This document shows, one piece after another, positions 49,137 to 61,757 of a stretch of 64,000 nucleotides of DNA. This DNA is from Okamejei kenojei. Its lineage: Eukaryota. The translations under genes and the position numbers were made by a program. The stretch covers positions 1,302,001-1,366,000 of the forward strand of contig CM069147.1 of NCBI GenBank assembly GCA_035221665.1, written 5' to 3'. Below the pieces are notes generated by a model, which had not been told where the DNA came from, did no database searches, and saw only the letters and a list, made by a program, of their open reading frames with translations. Position 1 is the stretch's first letter. Each line of letters opens with the position of its first letter.

Positions 49137-50472
49137 CACCTGCTGTTTCAGCTTCACTACTTTAAGATACTTGGTCTCCATTTAGTGTATAGTATAACAG
49201 CTAAAATAGTCAATGTATCTGGTTGAAACGTCATAAACCTCCACAACAAGCAATAAAAAGCCAATATCCTTTTTGAATATTCTGCTGTAAGGTGCCAAGA
49301 AAATATTAGCATTAAGTGTATTCAAACTGGTCACTTTAGTAGAACATTTCAGTAATTTTAAACAAAACATGTAAAAATTTATGGAAGATCAGGACCCTGA
49401 TAATTCATATTTCACTGTGGTTACATATTGATACTAATTGTAATACCTCCTGCTCTTTCAGGCTTGTTTTAAACCTTATGGATCATAAATTAGACTTGCG
49501 GGCTCTGATGTTGGTTAAATCACATGATTGACAAGACCAGTGCTGTTGCTTTGACACACACACCACGCCACTATATTTATAGATTAAGATGTAGAAATTG
49601 ATTAACTTACTTGTTGTGTCACTTAACTTCTAGAAATTTCTGTTGTGTTTCAGAGATAAAAAATGATCTCCTTTCCTGCAGCACTATTAGCTTTTCCGAC
49701 ACTTTCCAGGTCAGTAATTTTTCTGCTCAGAGTTCAGGCTGTTTAGACCGATCTGCTGTCTTTTTTTAATGAGGTTATTTCTGGGTTATTAGCCTTGATA
49801 TGATATGATACCTTATGTGTAAGACTTAATTGATGTAAATCCAGTCCAGCACACAGAAGCAAATCAGCAGGATCAGCTGAAAATTGCTTCTTGCAATTGT
49901 TTTTTTTATCCAGTTGCATTTGCCGTTACATGTTTTAGTTGTGTTTCCAAACCGGCTTTGCTTTTAATGAGGAAAATGTTTCAGCTCGCTAATACCTGAT
50001 TGTAAATCTTTGTGTGGGAAGGCAGTTCTGTGGGATGGGAAACTGCTGTGACATTTTGCTTTGCTGAATAAGCCCTGGGTAGAAGTTAAAGTGAGAACCA
50101 TCCACTTGCAGCAATTGTATCGTATGCAACCTCATTAGGGTTTTCTTAATTTTTTTAAATAAATAACAGCAGAGCTTGCAAGTGAAGTCAAGTTTTACGT
50201 GTTTTTTTAAGCAGTTCCCTTTTCTGTAAATGTTTCAATGTAAAAATCAGCAACCTGCTATAAAATAAAAATAAATAAACCTGGTAAAAATGTAAAGACT
50301 TGACAGAAGTATAGAGATATCATGAGAGGCGTAGATAGGGTAGACAGTCAGAACCTTATTTTCCAGCGTGGAAATTTAAAAGACTAGAGGGCACAGCTTT
50401 AATGTGAGAGGGGCAGAGTTTAAAGGAGACGGGGGGGGGGGGGGGGGGGGGGGGGGGGGTGTGGTGGCGTCT

Positions 50473-51378
50473 CACACACACACTACCCCCACACNNNNNN
50501 NNNNNNNNNNNNNNNNNNNNNNNNNNNNNNNNNNNNNNNNNNNNNNNNNNNNNNNNNNNNNNNNNNNNNNNNNNNNNNNNNNNNNNNNNNNNNNNNNNNN
50601 NNNNNNNNNNNNNNNNNNNNNNNNNNNNNNNNNNNNNNNNNNNNNNNNNNNNNNNNNNNACACACACTAACCCCCCCCCCACACACACACACACACACAC
50701 TAACCACCCCCCACACACACACACACTACCCCCCCCACACACACACACACTAACCCCCCCACACACACACTAACCCCCCCCCCACACACACACACTACCC
50801 CCCCACACACACACACTAACCCCCCCACACACACACACTAACCCCCCCCCACACACACACTAACCCCCCCACACACACACTACCCCCCCACACACACACA
50901 CTAACCCCCCCCACACACACACACTAACCCCCCCCCACACACACACACTAACCCCCCCCACACACACACTATCCCCCCCCCCACACACACACACACACAC
51001 GCTAACCCCCCCCCACACACACACACTAACCCCCCCCCACACACACACACTAACCCCCCCCCACACACACACACTAACCCCCCCCCACACACACACCCCC
51101 CCCCCACACACACACACAACCACCCCCCCACACACACACGCTAACCCCCCCCACACACACACACTACCCCCCCCACACACACACACACTAACCACCCCCC
51201 ACACACACACACTACCCCCCCCCACACACACACTACCCCCCCAACACACACACTAACCCCCCCCACACACACACACTAACCCCCCCCACACACACACACT
51301 AACCCCCCCCACACACACACACTAACCCCCCCCACACACACACACTACCCCCCCCCCCACACATATACACTAACCCCT
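50473..51378 (+). repeat. Compound (CA)n-CTA(A)-C(n) minisatellite, ~20-25-bp variable unit
   Basis: Repeated acacacacactaacccccccc on both sides of the gap. Confidence 0.9.
50495..50659. other. Assembly gap (165 N)
   Basis: Run of N inside a low-complexity repeat. Confidence 0.99.
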
Positions 51379-51429
51379 TCCCTTGATATTATATTAATAT
51401 TATTCATTGGCTCCTCCCCAGCCCTATCT

Positions 51430-51814
51430 CGAGGGGCAGAGAGAGATGGGCAGAGAAAGAGAGAGAGGGGAGGGGGGCGGATGAGGGGAGAGAGTGGGGG
51501 GTGAGGTGGGGTGGAGGGAGGGGGGGAGGGGATGGAGAGGGGGTGGAGAGGAGGGGAGAGAGGAGAGGGAGGGAGAGGGGAGATGGAGATGGGGAGATGG
51601 AGAGGGGGAGGAGAGAGGGGGAGGAGGGGGGAGGAGAGGAGGAGGAGAGGGGAGGGGGATGGGGAGAGAGGGGGAAGCGGAGGAGGGGGGAGGGGGGCAA
51701 TGGTGGAGAGAGAGGGGAGGGGGAGGAGATGGGGGGAGGGGGGAGGTGGGGGAGGGGGAGAGTGAGGGGGAGGGGGAGGGGGAGGGAGGAGAGGGGAGGG
51801 GGAGGGGGGAGGGG
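51430..51814 (+). repeat. Polypurine (G/A) low-complexity tract
   Basis: About 380 bp almost entirely G and A with many G-runs. Confidence 0.9.
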
Positions 51815-52303
51815 TGCTGATGATACAAAAGTTAGTAGTTTTGTAGATAGTGAAGATGGTTGTGAAAGATTGCAGCAGGATCTGGGTCGATTGGCCAGGT
51901 GGGCGGAGGAATGGTTGATGGAATTTAATACAAAGAAGTGTGAGGTGTTGCATTTTGGGACGTCGAACAAGGGTAGTGTTGTAGAGCAGAGGGATCTAGG
52001 AGTCCAGGTGCGTGGTTGCTTGAAGGTCGAGTCGCAGGTAGATAAGGCGGTCAAAAAGGCTTTAGGCACTTTGGCCTGCATCAGTCAGAGCATTGAGTAT
52101 AGAGGTTCGGAGGTCATGTTGCAGTTGTATGAGACCGCATTTAGAATATTGTGAGCACCATGTTATAGGAAATATACTGTCAAGCTTGAAAAGATTTACG
52201 AGGATGTTGCCAGGACTAGAGGGTCCAGAGGACATAGGTTCAAGGTGAAGAGGGAAAGATTTAATAGGAATCCGAGGGGTACTGTTTCCACAGAGGGTGG
52301 TGG
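51815..52303 (+). mobile_element. CR1 RT C-terminal fragment with multiple internal deletions
   Basis: ADDTKV..LQQDLGRLARWAEEWLMEFNTKKCEVLHFG..QRDLGVQV..EVMLQLY. Confidence 0.88.
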
Positions 52304-52599
52304 GAGGGCTGACCCGCTGAGCTCCTCCAGCACTCTGTGTCTCCAGCCCGGGTTGCGCCTGGCTTCCCAGCATGCCGTGCAGCCAGATTTCTCGCTGCTT
52401 TCTTCTGCAGCAACTTGTGGCCATTATTTTTAAATATTTATATTTGTTCGTGATATGTGACCATTGTTGGCAAAGCCTTGTTATCCATCACTGTTACCCT
52501 AATGCTGTAATGTGTGACGTGCCCGACGTGAGGGTAGGTTTGTTAGCTAAACAGGTCTTGTCTGCAATGCCCACTCTCTGCCAGATGGCAGTGGCATAG

Positions 52600-52832
52600 A
52601 TCACAAGGTATAGTAAAATTAGACCATTCAGCCCATCAAGTTCACTCTGCCATTCAATCATGGCTGATCTATCTCTCCCTCATAACCCCATTCTCCTGCC
52701 TTCTCCCCATAACCCCTGACACCCGTACTAATCAAGAATCCATCTATCTGTGCCTAAAAAATATCCACTGACATGGCCTCCACAGCCTCCACAGGCAAAG
52801 AATCCCACAGATTCACCGCCCTCTGACTGAAG
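52600..52832 (-). mobile_element. CR1 3' fragment
   Basis: Matches 42228-42465. Confidence 0.8.
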
Positions 52833-54032
52833 GTGACGGGCAGATTGCCCGCCTACACCGCCGCGCTCTTCCCGCCTGGTCCTGGGCGTAGCCAGAACTC
52901 CAGACGTGAGACAGCTGGCCCTGGTGGAAAGTGTCCACTTTCATTTTCAGTCCTGAGATTAGCAGCCAGCGCACTAATGCAGAGTGCCGAGCTATAAAAT
53001 TATAAACCTACACATCAGCCTGGATCACATCAATCAGAGAGCAACATTATGCCACATTATCAGGTGAGGTTCTGTCTGAGTATGCAAACCTATTCTCCCA
53101 AACAGATTTACAACAGAAACTTAATGAGTATGAATAGCGTGCACTTACACGCTGAATTTTATGCAACGACATGACATCTTTCTAAATATGGCCAAAGTGA
53201 ATATCTGCATGGCTGTGATTGGTGTGAGTTGTCGCTGATGGACGTTGTGGACAGATTTAGCCACGCCTGCTGTCTGCAGGTCAGCACAAACCATGTTCAC
53301 GCTAACCCACACTCATTTGACAGTGCACACAGAATGTTCTAGAATCCCATTACGCCCTGTAGCCTGTCAGGTAATCGCCATTAGAGTTGAGTGATTGAGG
53401 TTGACTGACGTTAGACATCTGTAAGATCGTTCTATTGCTATTTCTTGGCAAGAAGCAGTGAGTATCACAAGCAGTCCCAGCGCACTGCATATTGGCCCAG
53501 CGAGGAGCAGCTAACACGTCCTAAGGTGGCATGAATTGATGATGGTTAACGTTGCTTGCAAACAAAGGCCTTAGTCACCAAGGTAAAATAGGAAGCAAAC
53601 ATGTAAAGGTTATCCAGTGGTGACATTATAAATCTCTCATCATTGAAGGATACACTGCTTGCCAGGGCCTTGCACCGACTTAGATAAAAACAGGAGAGGC
53701 ACAAGTTAAACTGGCAGAATGAATTATTCACTCCATTCTGATTATTTTAAAAATGTGTTTTCTAGGAAAATGAAAGATGCCCAGGTCTCTGAAGCCCACT
53801 CACACATAATTAGAAGCTGGTTATGGATATTTATTTATCCTCCACATTCAGAATATGTTGTGGTAAATCTCACAGTCAAATATTTTAAAGATGCCACAAT
53901 CTGCAATAAATCATCTATTCTAACTTCAGATGTAAGGGATTGTGGAGATGAGAAATTTCCAAAGGAATCTCATATTTTAAAAAGTCCCAATACTGCCTCA
54001 GCATTCCCATCCATTAATGTATAATTTATCAA

Positions 54033-54330
54033 GCGGCCCGGTGGCGCAGCGGTAGAGTTGCTGCCTTACAACGCACGCAGTGCCGGACACTACGGCTCCG
54101 TCTGTACGGGGTTTGTACCTTCTCCCGTGACTGTGTGGGTCTTCTCCAAGATATTCGGTTGCCTCCCGCGTGCCAAAGATGCACGGGTTTGTTGGCTAAT
54201 TGGTTTGTAATAAATGTAAATCATCCCTAGTGTGTGTAGGATGGTGTTAGTGTGCGGGGATCGCTGGTCGGCGCGGACCCGGTGGGCCGGAGGGCCTGTT
54301 TCCGCGCTGGATCTCTAAACTAAACTAAAC
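54033..54330 (+). mobile_element. V-SINE (HE1-like), B-box region deleted
   Basis: ggtggcgcagcggtagagttgctgcc head, V domain, tail ctctaaactaaactaaac. Confidence 0.85.
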
Positions 54331-54599
54331 GATTATCTGTCAGGCGGCAGTGTAATGACATCACGGTCAGAGCTGCTCTGGGGCAGCAGCCAGTCTGATC
54401 TGCATTGGTCCTGGCCTGGACAAGAACATACCCCAGGCCGACACCTGGTGTGACTGGTGCTGCTTCGTCACAACATGCAGCTGCCAGGCGTCTGAAATAA
54501 AAGCAGACAAGACTGCAAACTCGCCACTGGTGAGGTTTGTTCAGTATTTGTTAAGATTCCTTTAATAAATTTGCACCCCAGCACACCCCCCACCCCCCT

Positions 54600-54802
54600 G
54601 TATGGAACGAGCTGCCAGAGGAGGAAGTTGAGGCAGGGACTATCCCAATGTTTAAGGAACATTTAGACAGGTACATGGATGGGACAGGTTTGGAGGGATC
54701 TGGGCCAAACACAGGCAGGTGGGAGACTAATGTAGATGGGGCATGTTGGTCAGTGTGGGCAAGATGGGTCGAAGGGCCTGTTTCAGTGCTGTGGAATTCT
54801 AA
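54600..54802 (+). mobile_element. CR1 3' fragment
   Basis: Matches 21008-21215. Confidence 0.8.
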
Positions 54803-54829
54803 CACTCCATGCCTGGAAATTTATATAGA

Positions 54830-55056
54830 CCACAGAGTGCTGGAGTAACTCAACAGGTCAGGCAGCATCTGTGGAGGATGTGGACAGGTGATATTCCAGT
54901 GTGAAGAAGGGTCCCGACCTGAAACGTCGACTGTGCATTACCTCCACAGATGCTGCCTGACCTGTTGAGATACTCCAACACTCTGTGAAACGTCACCTAT
55001 CCATGTTCTCCACAGATGCTGCCTGACCCGCTGAGTTACTCCAGCACTCTGTGTTC
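54830..55056. mobile_element. Palindromic Penelope-like element with one consensus 66-bp unit appended
   Basis: Diverged inverted arms (ctcaacaggtcagg / cctgacctgttgag) followed by a consensus unit from ~54987. Confidence 0.8.
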
Positions 55057-55475
55057 TACACTGAAAGTAAATTAGATGGAAAGAGAAACAGAGGTAATTA
55101 TCATAAACTTACTCTCTTTTCCATTCCTGACAAAGGGTCCACATCGTGAAACGTTCCCCTGTTTCTCTTTCAACAGATGCTGCCTGACCCGCTGCGTGTC
55201 GACCAAAGATAGATGCAGAGTGCTGGAGTAACTCAGCGGGTCAGGCAGCATCTGTGGAGAACATGGATAGGTGACGTTTTGTCTACCGCATGGATTATCT
55301 GCAACTAGAGGTACAGGACCAGGCCAAGACACTCTACTAGGGGGTTGAGGGGTCTCCTGGTGTCCCTCCATGCCTCCTATCGCTAGTTTGTGGGAACACA
55401 CTATTGCAGATAGTTTTCTCTGGGTGAAAAGGACCATTCAAAGTTGCAACTTCAGCCTAATCCAGTGATGTTCCT

Positions 55476-55731
55476 GCGATCATCCTGCACACTAGCACTA
55501 CACTACACGACACTACACACACTGGGGCAAATTACAATTTCTACCAATGCTAATTAACCTACAAACCTGTACGTCTTTGGAGTGTGGGAGGAAACCAGAG
55601 CACCCAGAGAAAACCCACGCAGTCATAGAGAGAACGTACAAACTCCGTACAGACAGCACCCGTAGTCAGGATCGAACCTGGGTTCCTGGTGCTGTGAGGC
55701 AGCAACTCTACTGCTGCGCCCCCGTGCCACT
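55476..55731 (-). mobile_element. V-SINE (HE1-like)
   Basis: caggatcgaacctggg B box, V domain matching 11558-11862. Confidence 0.85.
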
Positions 55732-55865
55732 GAAACTTCATGACTCATATTGAATCTCAGATGAATTGCTACAAAATGCAATCTACAGAGGAATGTGGAG
55801 ACAAACTCTAACATCGTATAGGTGTGCCTTGGACTGTGCCAGGAGTGTGGGTATATGACCTTCCT

Positions 55866-56182
55866 GGGCAGCGGGTAGTGCCGCTGCCTCACAATGCCAC
55901 AGACCCAGGTTCGATCCTGACCTCGGCTGCTGTCTGCATGGAGTTTGCACGTTCTCCCTGTGACCACGTGGGTTTCCTCCGGGTGCTCCGGTTTCCTCCC
56001 ACATCCCAAAGACGTGCGGGTTTGTACGTTAATCGGCCCTCTGTAAATTGCCCCTAGTGTGCGGGAAGTGGATGTGAAAGTGGGATAACATAGAACTAGA
56101 GTGAACGGGTGATCACTGGTCAGCATGGACATGATGGGCCGAAGGGCCCATCTCACTACTGTACAGCTCTGTAACTCTATGA
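55866..56182 (+). mobile_element. V-SINE (HE1-like, second tail subtype)
   Basis: ggttcgatcct B box and V domain; 3' part matches the reverse complement of 63520-63660. Confidence 0.82.
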
Positions 56183-58039
56183 CAAGTAATCCCAGCTGCA
56201 GAGAAATAGATTCCCATTTACTCGAGTTTTCACTTTTAATCTTTTGATCCACAAGTACTTCCCAGTACTTAAAACGGGCATTAAACGCCGCCTGTTATCA
56301 ACAGACTCACTATTAGTTTTCCCACTGACACAGAAACACTGACTTTTGTGGGCTTCCTCTTTCGAGAAATGATCTCTTTGTCTTCACAATTGCTCAGCCG
56401 CTGTTCCGAGGTGGCCCCATTACTTCACAATGAAGTATTTCTTCATGTTGTGTCAGACTCCGTATGTGTTTTTCTTGTCCAGTAATAGACTATTTGTGAA
56501 GTTAATCTCTTTGTCTTGTCTTGCCCATTGTTCACTCACAGTTGATAGCTACCTTCACCACAAGGTACAGTATTCCCAACCATCCCATAAAACTGACAGC
56601 CTTGCCTCAGCTGTGCAGCTGGCCCCGACTTACCACTAACTTTCTGTCACCCTAGCTGTCTTCCTCACCCATTATTCACTCATTGGTTTCAATTGGCACC
56701 GCACATTTGGCTAATAATTTATTTTTAATTAAATATCTTTTTAATCGCTATTTTGCACCCCCCCCCCCCCCCTCTATTGTGGAGAAAAAGCTCTGCTTTA
56801 ATAATGGAACCTGTTTTTGCCAGCTGGTATGTTATCTTTGCATCGGGACACATTCTGTGCACGTTTTTAACCATCAGTAGTAAGAGTGCGTACCCTGGTC
56901 ACCCTGTGTGAGTCTGTGGAACACAGGATGTAGTGAATGTGGCGTGTATTATACAGGAATCCATGGAGGAGCAGAGCAGCACCGGTTTGTTCACAGAGCC
57001 AGGAGACATATTACACTGTGAGTTATTGACTTGCGGTTCTACTGACTAAAAATCTAGACACAAAGCACTTTCACCAGAGACTGTAGTGGACAATGATTCC
57101 CTGTATCATTGTTAGACGATCTATACGGGGTTCAAGCCTTGACATTCAAATGTGCCGATGTTAGTTTTGGCTTAAATAAAATAATCCTGCACGTTGTCTT
57201 GCAGTGTCAGGGTATGGATCGTAAATGATTCGGGCAGTCCTGTTAGTGCTCCATCGGTGTTATTTTTGTCTATTTTTGTTTCATTTTTAAAGTATGGTCT
57301 GCTCTTCCTTTGACATCTAATTTGGGATAAAACCTAGTCGATAAATAAACCGTTGTTTAATGTTAAAGCAAAACAAAGGGGTGTTTGAAGCAAGGATCGG
57401 AGATGAGTAGTTGGGACCATCTAGTTGTGAGCGCTGTGGTTCGGCCCTGCTGACTGTGTCTTCACCACAGTGCGTGAGCCAAGACCATCTCACATATGGT
57501 CTTTCCTGTCCACTACATTTCAGTGTGTGCAGAAATATCTAGATTCACTCACTTTTTCTCTATACTGACTTCCGCACATTTTCCTGGATAATGCATAATT
57601 TGCAGATGAACCGTGTAAATACTGTAATGTTGTGTGAGACAAGGAATGGCAGGGAAACTCTCGTGCAGTGAAGCAGTTTGAAGCTGTGTTGCCTGATGTC
57701 TGGGCAGTGGGCACGGACTTTATACTAGAATTAAAGGAGAGCTTTGGTTGAGCCTTTTAAAACAGAATGACCTTGTTTAAATTAAACATTAGCATGATGA
57801 TTGAATTACTTGGACAGTAATTTAGAGGCCGAGACTAGAGAGGCAAAGAGGCAAGTTCGAATCTGACATGGCAGCTGCAAAATGTAATTTCAGTGAATTA
57901 AATATTCTGAATGTTGGTCTAACAGCCACTGTCGTTAATGGAGACCACGAACCTCCTGCATTTGTAGTGAAACACATCCGGTTCACAATGACCTTTAGAA
58001 AATGTTCCTACACAATGTCCATGTGATGCTAGTGATGCT

Positions 58040-60073
58040 AGTGACGTTAGGGATAGAATAAAACTAAAATAAAAAGATGTATAACACAGCAAAGCGTAGC
58101 CAGAAGCCAGAGGATTGGGAAACTTTCATTGGACAACAGAAAGAAACAAAACGGGCAATACGGGCTGAAAAGATGAAGTACAAAAGGAAGCTGGCCAGGA
58201 ATATAAAGAAGGACAGTAAAAGCTTCTTTAGCTATGTTAAGGGAAAAAGAGTAGCAAAGTCAAATGTGGGTCCCTTGAAGGCAGACACGGGTGAAATAAT
58301 TATGGGGAACAAGGAAATGGCAGAAGAGTTGAACAGGTACTTCGGATCTGTCTTCACTAAGGAGAACACAAACAATCTCCCAGATGTACTGGAGGACAGA
58401 GTATCTAAGGGGGTGGAGGAACTGAAAGAAATTTTCATTAGGCGAGAAATAGTATTGGGTAGGCTAATGGGACTGAAGGATGATAAATCCCCTGGGCCTG
58501 ATGGTCTGCATCCCAGGGTCCTCAGGGAGGTGGCTCTACAAATAGTGGACGCATTGGTGATAATTTTCCAATGTTCAATAGATTCAGGATCAGTTCCTGT
58601 GGATTGGAGGATAGCTAATGTTATCCCACTTTTCAAGAAAGGAGCGAGAGAGAAAACGGGGAATTACAGACCAGTTAGCCTGACTTCGGTGGTGGGAAAG
58701 ATGCTGGAGTCAATTATTAAAGAGGTAATAATGGGGCATTTGGATAGCAGTAAAGGGATTAGTCCAAGTCAACATGGATTTATGAAAGGGAAATCATGCT
58801 TGACTAATCTTCTGGAATATTTTGAGGATGTGACAAGTAAAATGGATGAAGGGGTGCCAGTGGATGTAGTGTATCTAGACTTTCAGAAAGCCTTTGATAA
58901 GGTCCCGCACGGGAGACTGGTGACTAAAATTAGAGCACATGGTATTGGGGGTAGGGTGTTGACATGGATAGAAAATTGGTTGGCAGACCGGAAGCAAAGA
59001 GTAGGAGTGAACGGGTCCTTTTCAGAATGGCAGGCAGTGGCGAGTGGAGTGCTGCAAGGCTCGATGTTGGGGCCGCAACTGTTTACCATATATATTAATG
59101 ATTTGGAAGAGGGAATTAGGAGCAACACTAGCAAGTTTGTGGATGACACAAAGCTGGGTGGCAGTGTGAACCGTGAAGAGAATGTTAGGAGGTTGCAGGA
59201 GGACCTGGACAGGTTGAGTGAGTGGGCAGATGCGTGGCAGATGCAGTATAATATAGATAAATGTGAGATTATCCACTTTGGTGGCAAAAACAAGGGGGCA
59301 GATAATTATCTCAATGGGGTTATGTTAGGTAAGGGGGAGGTACAGCGAGACCTGGGTGTCCTTGTACACCAGTCACTGAAAGTTGGCGTGCAGGTACAGC
59401 AGGCAGTGAAGAAAGCTAATGGAATGTTGGCCTTCATAACAAGAGGATTTCAGTATAGGAGTAAAGAGGTTCTTCTGCAGTTGTATAGGGCTCTGGTGAG
59501 ACCACATCTGGAGTATTGTGTACAGTTTTGGTCTCCTAATTTGAGGAAGGACATCCTTGTGATTGTGGCAGTGCAGCGTGGGTTCATGAGATTGATCCCT
59601 GGGATGGCGGGACTGTCATATGAGGAAAGATTGAAAAGACTAGGTTTGTATTCACTGGAGTTTAGAAGGATGAGGGGATATCTTATAGAAACATATAAAA
59701 TTATAAATGGAGTGGACAAGCTAGATGCAAGAAAAATGTTCCCAATGTTGGGTGAGTCCAGAACCAGGGGCCACAGTCTTAGTATAAAGGGGAGGTCATT
59801 TAAGACTGAGGTGAGAAATTTTTTTTTCATGCAGAGAGTTGTGAATTCATGGAATTCCCTGCCACAGAGGGCAGTGGAGGCCAAATCACTGGATGAATTT
59901 AAGAGAGAGTTGGATAGAGCTCTAGGGGCTAGTGGAGTCAAGGGATATGGGGAGAAATCAGGCACGGGTTATTGATTGGGGACGATCAGCCATGATCACA
60001 ATGAATGGCGGTGCTGGCTCGAAGGGCCAAATGGCCTCCTCCTGCACCTATTTTCTATGTTTCTAGATTCTAT
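58040..60073 (+). mobile_element. CR1 LINE, 5'-truncated, young
   Basis: Uninterrupted RT frame plus a 3' UTR ending ttttctatgtttctagattctat. Confidence 0.93.
58077..59975 (+). CDS. CR1 ORF2 fragment (reverse transcriptase domain, 632 aa open, endonuclease missing)
   Basis: KSPGPDGLHPRVL, GNYRPVSLTS, QHGFMKGKSCLTNL, YLDFQKAFDKVPH, SGVLQGSMLGP, SKFVDDTKL, LVRPHLEYCVQFWSP. Confidence 0.9.
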   Translation: MYNTAKRSQKPEDWETFIGQQKETKRAIRAEKMKYKRKLARNIKKDSKSFFSYVKGKRVAKSNVGPLKADTGEIIMGNKEMAEELNRYFGSVFTKENTNNLPDVLEDRVSKGVEELKEIFIRREIVLGRLMGLKDDKSPGPDGLHPRVLREVALQIVDALVIIFQCSIDSGSVPVDWRIANVIPLFKKGAREKTGNYRPVSLTSVVGKMLESIIKEVIMGHLDSSKGISPSQHGFMKGKSCLTNLLEYFEDVTSKMDEGVPVDVVYLDFQKAFDKVPHGRLVTKIRAHGIGGRVLTWIENWLADRKQRVGVNGSFSEWQAVASGVLQGSMLGPQLFTIYINDLEEGIRSNTSKFVDDTKLGGSVNREENVRRLQEDLDRLSEWADAWQMQYNIDKCEIIHFGGKNKGADNYLNGVMLGKGEVQRDLGVLVHQSLKVGVQVQQAVKKANGMLAFITRGFQYRSKEVLLQLYRALVRPHLEYCVQFWSPNLRKDILVIVAVQRGFMRLIPGMAGLSYEERLKRLGLYSLEFRRMRGYLIETYKIINGVDKLDARKMFPMLGESRTRGHSLSIKGRSFKTEVRNFFFMQRVVNSWNSLPQRAVEAKSLDEFKRELDRALGASGVKGYGEKSGTGY

Positions 60074-60109
60074 ATTCTGTGAATATAATAGAATATAACA
60101 GCAGCAGTT

Positions 60110-60360
60110 CAACAGAGTGGTGGGTGGATGCAACAGGCTGCTAGAGGAGGTAGTTGATGCAGGTATTATAACAGCATTTAGAGACACTTGGACAGGTACA
60201 TGGATAGGATAGGTTTGGAGGGATATGGGACAAACATTGGAAGGGGTTGCATCTGCTGCAATTTTGAGCAAAAAGATTTTCAGGGGAAGTGTAGATGGGG
60301 CATCTTTATCGGTATGGGCAGGTTGGGCCGAAGGGCCTGTTTCCGTGCTCTATCACTCAC
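60110..60360 (+). mobile_element. CR1 3' fragment (other subfamily)
   Basis: cagagtggtgggtggatgcaacaggctgc..gggccgaagggcctgtttccgtgct. Confidence 0.75.
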
Positions 60361-60475
60361 CACTCCATTGTTAAGGGCAGGTTAGGGGCAGGTAGGGAGA
60401 GTTGTGAACGCTGGTCTTGCCCCAGATGCCCACTAGTCCAGCAAAGTAGCTGGGTCTGCCAACACACTGCCCAGC

Positions 60476-60556
60476 CTGAAGAAGGGTCTCGACCCGAAGC
60501 GTCACCTATTCCTTCGCTCCATAGATGCTGCCTCACCCGCTGAGTTTCTCCAGCAC
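60476..60556 (+). mobile_element. Penelope-like hammerhead element copy
   Basis: ctgaagaagggtctcgacccgaagcgtcacc (GAAA changed to GAAG) ..gctgagtttctccagcac. Confidence 0.75.
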
Positions 60557-61014
60557 TGTTGTCCGCCCAGTCTGAGAAGTAATTGATCATGGTCAGAATC
60601 ATTCTGGCCAATTTTAATATCAGTTTATTTCACATATATATAAAATTAAACATTATGAGTTCAAAGGGTTTGCGTCATGGAAGATTATACTTTACATAAC
60701 AGACATGGCAAGGGCATACTTTGCATTCTTACTTGTTTATCTCAACATAGTTTTAGAAAAATGTGCTTTGATCTTCCGTGTGATCCGAGTCCAGAAACAT
60801 CTTTGATTTAGTTGTCAAGATCAGGCAGTAACTGATGTCAGAGGTCCGGCCTTTCATGGGGCATCCTGCTCTGCTTGTCTTGATTATTACAATGCTGGTT
60901 CAGAGTGAGTTATACTGGGAGTGTGCAGTCCTCTCAGCACAGCGTACCATGGGGATGAGCATGGTGCTACCTCCAGCCTTTTACACAGGGCCCCTGCAGT
61001 CTTGCTGACTTGTA

Positions 61015-61109
61015 GACAGACACAAAAAGCTGGAGTAACTCAGCGAGACACGCAGCATCTCTGGGTGATGTTGAATGGGTGACGTCTCGGCTCGAGACCC
61101 TTCTTCACA
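61015..61109 (-). mobile_element. Penelope-like hammerhead element copy
   Basis: agacacaaaaagctggagtaactcagcg..gggtgacgtctcggctcgagacccttcttca. Confidence 0.7.
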
Positions 61110-61757
61110 CCAGTCACTGGGATTGCAACAGATTGTTTCTGTTTCACCAATGTTGCTGTTGATATTGAAGAAAGATTGCTGATCCCAAGCATGAGCCACC
61201 ATATGTACTGTTTACTGAGGCCTGCGTTAAATGGCAACAAATTGCATGTTATCTTTGTGTGAACAATATCAATTAACAAGCTTTTGCAGGAAAAACAGCT
61301 CTATATGTGTGCTTCCCACACGCTGGTTAAAGAAGAAGGTACGATGTGTTTGTTTTGGTGAGTGAAGCTAAGCCATATGTGTTAAGTTTGCAAGCAAGAC
61401 TTTCATTGGTATAATTTAGCAAATGCAGGTGAGAGATTTCACAGGGAAATGCTGGCGGAGTGAGGCAGAAATATTATTCTGCTCGCAAAGCCTATTGATG
61501 TCGTGTTCAAGATTCCTCTGCAATTAGACAGATATAATTATTGCTGCATGCATATACTGCTGCTCCCATTAATATTGTTAGTGCTCAAGGGCTCACACTG
61601 CCATTATCAGATTACCTGTAAAGTTTGCTTTATGAAAAGTTGTGAAATGATAAAATGGCAGTGCAACGTAGTAACCAAAGCGGCTGTGAAGCAAGGCTTT
61701 GCTGGACAATTTTAACATATTTGATGCTATAATACACGTAAAACAATATTAGTTTAT

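Noticed and set aside
50660-51378. Interstitial telomeric repeat
   Set aside because: CTAACCC occurs only singly within CA/C-run units, never as tandem (CCCTAA)n.
51345-52081. Pro-rich and Gly/Glu/Arg-rich ORFs
   Set aside because: Translation of a polypurine low-complexity tract fused to a CR1 fragment.
58232-59965. Antisense ORFs over the CR1, and plus-strand ORFs over the Rex1 and L1 elements
   Set aside because: Shadow frames of RT coding sequence.
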